Shown here piece after piece: positions 9,942-18,020 of a stretch of DNA of 64,000 nt; positions within the stretch are counted from its first letter, which is position 1, and each line of letters begins with the position of its first letter. A program made the position numbers and the translations under genes. The notes under the pieces were generated by a model. The model was not told the DNA's origin, did not search any database, and worked only from the letters and a program-made list of their open reading frames with translations. This DNA comes from an uncultured Saprospiraceae bacterium (GTDB lineage Bacteria; Bacteroidota; Bacteroidia; Chitinophagales; Saprospiraceae), in NCBI GenBank assembly GCA_964015035.1, contig CAXHCA010000005.1, forward strand, positions 15,645-79,644, in the 5' to 3' direction.

Positions 9942-9979
9942 AAATAACAGCTATTTGAGCAAGCCCCAAGGCGTCATCC

Positions 9980-10879
9980 TCACGCTGGATCATTTAACAC
10001 CAATTTGTAACCAACTCCACGAATGTTAGCAATTTTCACACTTGGATCAGCTTCGAGCTTTTTCCGCAGCTTCGAGATGAAAACATCCAATGTTCTGCCC
10101 ATATAATCGCCTTCGTCTCCCCAAACTGTTTTCATGATCACCTCCCGTGCAAGGGTCGTATTGGCAGAGGAGCGTAATAAAGCAAGGAGATCGGCTTCTT
10201 TGCTGGTTAGCTCAATGCTATCTTGATCAAGCGAAAGCTTCATATTTTTTTTATCGAACTGGTAGTCTCCGATCGCAATGATATTCGGATTGGGTTTGGC
10301 GTTGCGCTTTCCCGGCCAAAAAAAATGCCCCAGGCTAAAGAAAAGCAGCAAGACAAATATCCCTGCGCCGAGGCTAAAATACGGGATGTTTTTGGGGGGG
10401 TAGGCAGTAGCAACTTGCAATGATGCCCTCCCGGGCGCTGATGTATCCAAAATGGTGAATAAAAGACGATAACAAGCTTTAGGCTGCATTCTTGGCCCAC
10501 ATGGAATTACATCGGCACTCAGTGAATTCCCAACCAAATAACTATAGACAATCTCACAGGAGGCACAATTTTCCACTTCCACCAAATAGTTACTGGCTAT
10601 TTTGGTATCCATCAGCACACATTCAATGGTTTCCACCAATTCATCTGGTTTGAATTGAAAACCGGATTCAAATGCAATGCGGTAGCGATCCTCTACTTTT
10701 TCAATGGGTAGTACCCGTGACGTGCTATCGCCGGAATTGAGCAGCATTTGATGCCCAATCATCCGCATCAATACTTTGTTCTGCCGGTCGTCTTTGGCGT
10801 CCCGGACATTGCCTTCTGCGGCGAGACAGAGGGTACTTGCCAAAAGCAAAAAAATCGTGCTTAAATGTTTGAAACCCAT
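9980..10879 (-). CDS. Membrane-anchored transcriptional regulator with C-terminal OmpR/PhoB-type winged-helix domain
   Basis: Signal/anchor at the N-terminus, a Cys-containing extracytoplasmic domain, one TM (YFSLGAGIFVLLLFFSLGHFFW), then a wHTH block (LTSKEADLLALL...LDVFISKLRKKL...IRGVGYKL). No receiver domain. Confidence 0.75.
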   Translation of the reverse strand: MGFKHLSTIFLLLASTLCLAAEGNVRDAKDDRQNKVLMRMIGHQMLLNSGDSTSRVLPIEKVEDRYRIAFESGFQFKPDELVETIECVLMDTKIASNYLVEVENCASCEIVYSYLVGNSLSADVIPCGPRMQPKACYRLLFTILDTSAPGRASLQVATAYPPKNIPYFSLGAGIFVLLLFFSLGHFFWPGKRNAKPNPNIIAIGDYQFDKKNMKLSLDQDSIELTSKEADLLALLRSSANTTLAREVIMKTVWGDEGDYMGRTLDVFISKLRKKLEADPSVKIANIRGVGYKLVLNDPA

Positions 10880-10917
10880 GCTGCAAATCTAAACGAATCT
10901 GCTGCACTTTGAAGTGT

Positions 10918-10947
10918 TTTACATTGGATTTTACACTAATTTACACT
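10918..10947. promoter_or_regulatory. Three direct TTTACA(C/T)T repeats upstream of the wHTH regulator (candidate operator)
   Basis: tttacatt at 10918, tttacact at 10930 and tttacact at 10940, spaced 12 and 10 bp. They lie 39-68 nt upstream of the regulator ATG (10879), in the divergent region shared with the protease gene. Confidence 0.35.
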
Positions 10948-11328
10948 AGTTAAAACCTCTGACCGATCCTCAAGCCTGCCTTTGAAAAAAATCATGCTCA
11001 GGGTAAGATTCTCTTTTTGGTAGCAATAGATAATAAAAACCAAAAAAGAACTATGAGTTCGTAATTGAGGGTGCAAAATTAGTAGCCAGACAACTTGGCG
11101 CGAACGTGCTGGTGATTACGGAGATAGAAACGCCCGAAGAAAATAATGCTGGGTTTGCACTTAAAGCAGATATGTATAGAGATATAGACCATAAAGGAGA
11201 AGCAAGCACAACTCCACTCAAGAGCAAGTGATTTAAACTTGAGAAATTCTAAGTGCTCATCGAAGAAATTGGTAGTTTCTTTAATGCATTCTATTTTTCG
11301 TATTTTTATCACCTTATCAACCAGAATT

Positions 11329-12513
11329 ATGATGCGATATTTTTTAGGCTGCTGCCTATTGTTGTTTATTTCAACCAGCGCGCTTTTTTGTCAACAAACC
11401 AATCAAGCCCTTTTGGACTCTCGGGAAGTGCCTTTTGAAATGGTTAAAAATGCCATTATCGTACCCGTCAAAATAAACGGAATCTCTTACCGGTTTGTCT
11501 TGGATACCGGAGGGGTCTTTATGATCTCCAGGAAATTACAAGAACAAGGCAATTTTGTGGTTACCGACTCCATCAGTATTTCCGATATCAATAAACAGGA
11601 GCAGGTTTTTGAAAAAGTTCTCATTGAGGAAGCCTCTATTGGTGAGTTGAGTTTAAAGGATCGAGAAGCCATTGTGCTTTTTGATAACCAATCCTACCCC
11701 AATAGTTGTTTTGAAACCGATGGAATGATCGGGCGAGACTTCTTCGGAGGGATGATCTTACAATTTGACTATGATAATAAGGTCATACGGTTAACCGAAG
11801 ATGAATCGGTTTTTGACCTGGATCAGGAGCATCGAACCAAAATGAAAATCAGCGAAAGAGGAATTGCTGATGTGTTACTCAATATCAACGGCAAGAACCA
11901 ATACATCGAGTTTGATTCCGGCTCTGGCGATTTTTTTAGCTATCAAGCGAAAAAGGCCAAACGGTTGCGCGTGAAATCTAAAGCAGACAAACTCGAATAT
12001 GAGGGCATTTTTTCCTTCGGGGTCAGCAGCAGCAATCTCATCGAATCAAGTACCCGATACAAGGCAAAAGTGTACAACCTGACCATGGGCAGCACCACTT
12101 TTGAAAACTTTTACAGCGACTTCACCAAACCGACTGCGCCCCGAATTGGTGCCAGTATTTTGTATCATGGAAAGGTGACGGTTGATTATAAAAACCTTTG
12201 GTTTTATTTTGAGCCATACCCTACTCAGTTCAAACCGACAACCCTGAGCACCTTCGGATTTGATATCGTGTACCTCCAAGAGCAATATTTGATCAAATGG
12301 GTTTTAAAAGGCTCCGTAGCCGAACAAGAAGGCCTTAAATTTGGCCTTAAGATCAAATCTATTGATGGGACTCCTATTGCTGAAATCATAAAGGGTTGCG
12401 AAACGTATATCAACGGTTACGCCTTTCAGGAAAAGGAAAGCGTTGTTCTTGAATATTACGATCCCAAAGGAACGCTCAAGACCATGACCTTGCATAAAAC
12501 CCAATATGAATAA
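11329..12513 (+). CDS. Secreted retropepsin-like aspartyl protease with C-terminal PDZ domain
   Basis: Signal peptide from the Met at 11329 (MMRYFLGCCLLLFISTSALFC). First Asp motif FVLDTGG (Asp codon 11503-11505), second pseudo-repeat FDSGSGD, and a PDZ-like C-terminus (GLKFGLKIKSIDG). Confidence 0.7.
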   Translation: MMRYFLGCCLLLFISTSALFCQQTNQALLDSREVPFEMVKNAIIVPVKINGISYRFVLDTGGVFMISRKLQEQGNFVVTDSISISDINKQEQVFEKVLIEEASIGELSLKDREAIVLFDNQSYPNSCFETDGMIGRDFFGGMILQFDYDNKVIRLTEDESVFDLDQEHRTKMKISERGIADVLLNINGKNQYIEFDSGSGDFFSYQAKKAKRLRVKSKADKLEYEGIFSFGVSSSNLIESSTRYKAKVYNLTMGSTTFENFYSDFTKPTAPRIGASILYHGKVTVDYKNLWFYFEPYPTQFKPTTLSTFGFDIVYLQEQYLIKWVLKGSVAEQEGLKFGLKIKSIDGTPIAEIIKGCETYINGYAFQEKESVVLEYYDPKGTLKTMTLHKTQYE

Positions 12514-12722
12514 CCCCCGTATTTCTAAAAAAAAACATGCACTTAACGCTGCGAACCAGTAAATGAAAAACACAAATCTAAAATAATGACGAAGCAAATT
12601 AATAGAATCCCATCTGCTCAATCCTTTTTTGGGGACAAACCTGACACCCTCCTGCAATTTGTTAAACACACGCTCTGCTTAAATTGATCAGCACTTTTAG
12701 AAAATAGTTTTACCTTAGATTT

Positions 12723-13502
12723 ATGAGTAAAATTGAAATCCGCACGGTGGATGTGGTGGAATACAGAATGCCCCTGCGGGAAGGGGGCTCGCTGCCGGCG
12801 ATTGTGATGGCCGACGACGACTTCCCCTATGTGTTGAAATTTCGGGGCGCCGGACAGGGCAAGAAGGCCCTGATCGCCGAATTGATCGGTGGAGAACTGG
12901 CCCGGGCCATGGGCCTGAAGGTGCCGGAATTGGTGTTTATGAACCTGGACGATTCCTTTAGCAAAACCGAACCGGATGAAGAAATTCAGGACTTGCTGAA
13001 ATTCAGTGTCGGACTCAACATGGGCTTACATTTTCTATCTGGGGCCATCACTTACGATCCGCTGGTGCCGATTGGCGAAAGCCGGTATGTCTCGAAGATC
13101 GTGCTATTGGATAGTATCATTACCAATATTGACCGGACGGCAAAAAACACGAATCTGCTGAACTGGAAAAATGAACTGTGGCTCATCGACCACGGAGCAA
13201 GTTTGTATTTTCACCACAACTGGGCCAATTGGGAGTCGCACCTCGATCGTACCTTTCCGAACGTCAAGGATCACGTCCTACTCAAACGAGCCGATCATTT
13301 GGCGGAAGCCGCAGCGGAAATCAAGGATTTAATCAGCGAAGCCAAGATTGAGGAGATTATTGCGTTGATTCCGGAAGATTGGTTGTTGGAGGAATCCAAC
13401 CCACTGACCCCGCAGGAAATGCGGGCCGCTTATGTGCGCTTTTTGAATACCAAATTGGCCAATATCGATTCACTAGCCAAAGAAGCGGAAAATGCCAGAT
13501 AG
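12723..13502 (+). CDS. HipA-like serine/threonine kinase family protein
   Basis: 259 aa. HipA_C-type catalytic loop ITNIDRTAKNTN (Asp 13131-13133) and Mg-binding WLIDHGAS (Asp 13188-13190). Confidence 0.75.
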   Translation: MSKIEIRTVDVVEYRMPLREGGSLPAIVMADDDFPYVLKFRGAGQGKKALIAELIGGELARAMGLKVPELVFMNLDDSFSKTEPDEEIQDLLKFSVGLNMGLHFLSGAITYDPLVPIGESRYVSKIVLLDSIITNIDRTAKNTNLLNWKNELWLIDHGASLYFHHNWANWESHLDRTFPNVKDHVLLKRADHLAEAAAEIKDLISEAKIEEIIALIPEDWLLEESNPLTPQEMRAAYVRFLNTKLANIDSLAKEAENAR

Positions 13503-13878
13503 AGTAACCTACGAATTTGCGGTGATCCGGGTGGTGCCCCGGGTGGAGCGCGAAGAGTTTCTCAACGTGGGGGTGATGCTGTTTTCCAAACGCAAAAAAT
13601 ACCTGGGTATTCGCTATAAGATTGATGAAGTCAGGCTGACCCACTTCTCTCCCGATATTGACCTCGATTTGATCAAAAACCACCTGCATGCCTGGGAATT
13701 GGTTTGTCAAGGCGGCCCGGATGCCGGTCCGATCGGTCAGTTTGATTTGCCATCCCGCTTTCGCTGGCTCACCGCAGCACGGAGTACCATCATTCAAAGC
13801 TCTAAAACCCATCCGGGGAGGTGCACTGACCCGGAGCAAGTACTGGAAGGGTTGTTTGAACGGTATGTCGGGGAATAA
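13492..13878 (+). CDS. DUF3037 domain protein
   Basis: 128 aa. N-terminal YEFAVIRVVPRVEREEFLNVGVMLF is typical of DUF3037. The start overlaps the kinase stop by 11 nt. Confidence 0.75.
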   Translation: MPDRVTYEFAVIRVVPRVEREEFLNVGVMLFSKRKKYLGIRYKIDEVRLTHFSPDIDLDLIKNHLHAWELVCQGGPDAGPIGQFDLPSRFRWLTAARSTIIQSSKTHPGRCTDPEQVLEGLFERYVGE

Positions 13879-13977
13879 TGGTGGGTTTATTTATGAAACG
13901 ATGTATCTATACCGGTCTACTTTTCTGGGGAGCTTTTTATTTCTGTTCATTTCTGACAATAGTTCGGTGAAAATTAA

Positions 13978-14508
13978 GAGCATATTTGGAGCGGATTCTA
14001 TTTGAAAACGGGCTTTATAATACCGACCAAACAATCATTTCATAAATGATGATATCTTGATCTTGATAAAGCCACTTGAGTTGCCTTTTGTCGATCTTTT
14101 TTAAATCGACTTTGCCATCATATTTTTTGGGTTGTCCCCGACCTTTAGTTTTTGGGCCATGGTATAGATATTTCAAATTGGCATCACAACGTAGTTTTGA
14201 GATAATACGCAGATCGGTCAATGCACTGACAGGGTCAACGAATGATTGTTTAGCAAAATAATCGTCTACGGCCAGGTAAGTTGATAGCGAAGCTAATTTC
14301 TCCCAGCGATCAATAATGACTTGGACATAGTGATCGTGGATCGTTGCAGTTGGCAACTTCAACAGCCTACGTTTACACGATTGGTAATCCGTACACGGCC
14401 TCGTAAGGAGAATAATCATCCCTTATGCTCCTTCAAAAGCTTCCTTTTGTTTTTCCCATAGAAAAGTAATATTTTCACGGGGTGGAAATACTACCTCCAA
14501 TCAGGTAC
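13978..14508. mobile_element. Decayed insertion sequence (531 bp) with MITE-family-A-type termini, flanked by 3-bp TAA duplications
   Basis: Left end gagcatatttggag is identical over 14 nt to the left end of the MITE at 55324. Right end actacctccaatcaggtac matches the reverse complement of the MITE left TIR at 16 of 19 positions by eye. TAA lies at 13975-13977 and at 14509-14511. A truncated transposase ORF lies inside. Confidence 0.65.
14015..14419 (-). pseudogene. DDE transposase fragment (IS4/IS5-superfamily-like; family uncertain)
   Basis: 134-aa ORF with a YLAVDDYF block (second-Asp region) and KGRGQPKKYDGKV, as in IS4/IS701-like transposases. Far too short for an intact transposase. 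Confidence 0.6.
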
Positions 14509-14521
14509 TAAAACCCTAACC

Positions 14522-16468
14522 ATGGTTGAAACCATTGCTGAAAGCAACTTTTATCTGCTCGACGGTAATTTGAGTGTCGCTGATGCTGCCGTTGCCGTTG
14601 CGAATGCTCCTTACTACTATATCCTGATCGACCGCGAAGATGCCGGCGATCATTTCTACTACTTTTATTCCCAGGAAGAATTACTCAACAGACTCTCCCG
14701 GCTACCCAAACCCGTTCCCGTAAAATTGGCCATGCAACTCCACTTGGAGCAGCCCCTGCCCACCTTACCCTTTGATGCACCGTTGTCAGCCAGGGTGGAG
14801 GAATGTTATGCGATCCTCAAGGGAGACGAGGTGGTTGGACTGATTTATGATAAAGAAGTAGCCGAAGCATCACCGCCGCCGCCACCTGCACCTTCGGTGC
14901 CCGGTAGCGACAAAGGGACTTCCCGAGGTGGCGCAACCATTGAAGAGGAAACAGTCGAAACCTTCGAAGCATACCCCAGTATCAGCGATCCAGGCATTGT
15001 CAAGCCGGATCAGACCTTCAAGGTTTTTGTGGGCTTCAGCTCGGAAAAAGACGAAAGCCTGGAAGAAGGAGAAATCATCGTCATCGACCGGCCGGATGAA
15101 GATATCCCGGCTAAGGTGTCCCTGATGGTGACCGGGGGTAAGGTCGCCGATAAGGACAATCGCGCCAAGCCGATTATGCTGGATCCAGACGCTCAAACCT
15201 CGTTTACAATAACGGTCAACAGCAATGCCACGGAGGTTAATATCATAGCCATGTACCGCTACAATAAACGCATCGTTGGCAATGCACAGCGCGTTATTCC
15301 GGTGAAACAGGCCGCCGCACCAGCTCCGACTCCAGCTGAAACTCCGGCTCCAGACCAGGGCAAACGCTGCCAATTGTCCATTGCCAGCGCCAGTTTTGAG
15401 CAGGCGCAACCTGATCTCACCATTGTCATACGGCAGGACCGCAGTGCTCAGCAATTGGTTTGGGAAATTGATGCCCCGGAACTGGATCTACTGGAAAAGG
15501 CGACCACCCCAATTGCCGATGCGCGGGCTTTCGCCAAACGCATTGGCTCCGAACTCAAGGCCGAAGATTTTAAGGATGCCCTGGCCAATAATATTTTGGT
15601 AACCCTGGGAGAGTCCATTGCCGACCTCTTGCCGGATGCCTTCTTTACGGCCCTGCACGGCGTGCATGAGGCTATTAACCGAACGCCACGTCTATTGTTG
15701 TTAACCGATGAAGCCTATATTCCCTGGGAACTGGCTTACGGAAAAAGGCTTACCGTAGACGACAATCATCCGCGTTTTTTGGGGGCACAAGTAATCATGG
15801 GCCGCTGGTGGCTGCACGAACGAGTCGTCACGCCGCCTCCATCTGGGTTGAAAATATTGCAGCTTTCCGCCATAGCGGCCAATTATAATGCACTGGTGGC
15901 GAGAGTGGCCAAATTGCCTGAAGCTCTTGAAGAAAAGGCTTTTCTGGAAAAAGAATTTAAAGCCACCAGTATTCCCGCTACGGTAGATGGAGTGCTGGGG
16001 ATGACCATGACGCAACCGGTAGAAGGAAACCTGGTGCATATGGCCCTGCACGGACACAGCGACTCCGTCTTTAATGAGCAAAAACTGATCTTGGAAGACG
16101 GCAAAGGATTAAATCCCAATGCCATGTTTGGTCCTTATGATTGCGGTGATCAACCGGCCATTTCCTTTATGTTTCTCAATGCCTGTCAGGTAGGTACGGC
16201 GGGAGAAACCCTAGGGCAGGCCAGTGGATTTCCAGGGATATTGCTGAAAAAAGGCATGTTGGGTTTCATCGCACCATTGTGGGAAGTACATGATGTGGCC
16301 GCTCGTGAATTTGCGGAGACCTTTTATCAAGAAACGCTTAACAATAAAAAGCCTGTTGCCGAAGTACTGCTAGACCTTCGCCGTAAGTATGACTTTAAGG
16401 AATCACTGACCCCATTGGCCTATCTCTATTATGGTCATCCGGGGTTGGTATTAGATTATAAACACTAA
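14522..16468 (+). CDS. CHAT-domain (caspase-like) protease with a novel multi-module N-terminal region
   Basis: 648 aa. C-terminal CHAT domain with His in HMALHGH (16049-16051) and Cys in FLNACQVG (16184-16186). Two Pro/Ala-rich linkers lie at ~14867-14911 and ~15308-15364. Confidence 0.85.
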   Translation: MVETIAESNFYLLDGNLSVADAAVAVANAPYYYILIDREDAGDHFYYFYSQEELLNRLSRLPKPVPVKLAMQLHLEQPLPTLPFDAPLSARVEECYAILKGDEVVGLIYDKEVAEASPPPPPAPSVPGSDKGTSRGGATIEEETVETFEAYPSISDPGIVKPDQTFKVFVGFSSEKDESLEEGEIIVIDRPDEDIPAKVSLMVTGGKVADKDNRAKPIMLDPDAQTSFTITVNSNATEVNIIAMYRYNKRIVGNAQRVIPVKQAAAPAPTPAETPAPDQGKRCQLSIASASFEQAQPDLTIVIRQDRSAQQLVWEIDAPELDLLEKATTPIADARAFAKRIGSELKAEDFKDALANNILVTLGESIADLLPDAFFTALHGVHEAINRTPRLLLLTDEAYIPWELAYGKRLTVDDNHPRFLGAQVIMGRWWLHERVVTPPPSGLKILQLSAIAANYNALVARVAKLPEALEEKAFLEKEFKATSIPATVDGVLGMTMTQPVEGNLVHMALHGHSDSVFNEQKLILEDGKGLNPNAMFGPYDCGDQPAISFMFLNACQVGTAGETLGQASGFPGILLKKGMLGFIAPLWEVHDVAAREFAETFYQETLNNKKPVAEVLLDLRRKYDFKESLTPLAYLYYGHPGLVLDYKH

Positions 16469-16487
16469 TAAACTAAACTGAAACATC

Positions 16488-17996
16488 ATGGGTAAGGAAA
16501 CTCCATTAGCCGGAAGTATTGAACCCATCAAAATATCTTCCAGTGAATTCACGCTGCATTGTCCGGGTATGCACGGTATGGTCAAGGAAATGGAAACCGA
16601 TAAATCCACTACCCGAGGGCCTGGCGTAGAGGACCCTATGCATAAAATGGTGATGGAGTCGGCGAAGGACAATGATATCATCCTGTTTAATCAATTTGAA
16701 ATTGAGATCGAAAAGGATGATCTAAAAGACGCTCCGGAAACGCAGACCCGGGCGGCCGGAGTCACCCGTACAACAGAGATGGGAGAACCGGCGATGGTGC
16801 TTTCCGCGCCAAAGCTCGAAGAAAATATGGCCTCTGCGGTACTGTATACCGATGAAGACGGGGAGTCGCGCTGGGTCTTTCCCGAAGAGAAAAACCCTCG
16901 GGATAAATTCACCTTTTTGCTGCCGCGTGAAGGTGCGCCACCTCTCCCCACAGATGGATCTACCGTGCGCGGGGTCATTACCAAAGGCATTCGGCGGGTA
17001 GTCAAGGTGTTTGCCTGGCTAACGGATGAAATCGTCGGCGCGGGGGCTTTGATTCTGGTCAAAAACTGGGAAAGTAAAAAACGACCTTACACTTTAAATT
17101 CTGTGTTAGCCGATCGGGATGATGCACCGGTTGATTGGGACAAGATATCCGGAGAGCGATCTCTGTTGCTCATTCACGGCACCTTTTCTACTTGGCAGTC
17201 GGCTTTTGACGGTTTGCGCAGGAGTAAAACCTGGTTTCCGCAAATGCAGGAGTTTTACGGCAACCGCATATTTGCTTTTAATCATCCCAGTTTGCACCAG
17301 ACGCCGGCAGAAAATGTCAAAACCTTGATGGAAATGCTGCCCGATGGGGTTGAATTGGATATCGACATTATTACGCACAGTCGGGGAGGTCTGGTCGGTC
17401 GAGAAATGTGTGAAAGACTGGCGGATATTGACCCTTTTGGTCGGAAGGTGGCCATCAAAAAGGCCATTTTTGTGGCGGGCCCACACCTTGGTACCACCTT
17501 ACTGAATAAAGATCATATACTGACACTGATCGATACCTACACCAACATGCTCACCAATTTACCCGATAATCCGGCGACGATTATCATGGAAGCAATTGTC
17601 AATCTGGTGAAGATTATTGGAGGCGGGGCGATTGAAGGATTACCGGGTTTACAGTCTATGGTGCCTGATGGTGATTATATCAAGCGCCTGAATGGTACGC
17701 CTCCTATCGATACCACTTATTACGCCATAGGGGCTAAGTATGCACCCCATGACGAAAAGTTGCTACAACGCTTTGGCAAACGTCTGTTGATGAAAGTGCT
17801 GGCCAAGATATTTGAAGAGGATAGTGATATGGTAGTGCCTACTATGGGGTCTTTTGATACCCTACTCGGTAACGGGGGCTTTCCCATTCCGGAAGACCGG
17901 CAGAAATTGTATCAAATGGATGACGATATCAACCACATTACCTTCTTTGAACACGATGTAGTGAATCGGCAGTTGTTTAATTGGTTGTCATCATAA
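16488..17996 (+). CDS. Alpha/beta-hydrolase (lipase/esterase-like) with ~225-aa N-terminal extension
   Basis: 502 aa. LLIHGTFS strand and nucleophile elbow ITHSRGG (Ser codon 17379-17381). Starts 19 nt after the CHAT gene stop. Confidence 0.75.
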   Translation: MGKETPLAGSIEPIKISSSEFTLHCPGMHGMVKEMETDKSTTRGPGVEDPMHKMVMESAKDNDIILFNQFEIEIEKDDLKDAPETQTRAAGVTRTTEMGEPAMVLSAPKLEENMASAVLYTDEDGESRWVFPEEKNPRDKFTFLLPREGAPPLPTDGSTVRGVITKGIRRVVKVFAWLTDEIVGAGALILVKNWESKKRPYTLNSVLADRDDAPVDWDKISGERSLLLIHGTFSTWQSAFDGLRRSKTWFPQMQEFYGNRIFAFNHPSLHQTPAENVKTLMEMLPDGVELDIDIITHSRGGLVGREMCERLADIDPFGRKVAIKKAIFVAGPHLGTTLLNKDHILTLIDTYTNMLTNLPDNPATIIMEAIVNLVKIIGGGAIEGLPGLQSMVPDGDYIKRLNGTPPIDTTYYAIGAKYAPHDEKLLQRFGKRLLMKVLAKIFEEDSDMVVPTMGSFDTLLGNGGFPIPEDRQKLYQMDDDINHITFFEHDVVNRQLFNWLSS

Positions 17997-18020
17997 GTCA
18001 CATTCACTAATGCACGGCCC

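Noticed and set aside
14870-17062. Antisense ORFs inside the CHAT and hydrolase genes (14870-15454, 15701-16081, 16691-17062)
   Set aside because: All are shadow frames of long sense ORFs that carry catalytic motifs. No independent support.
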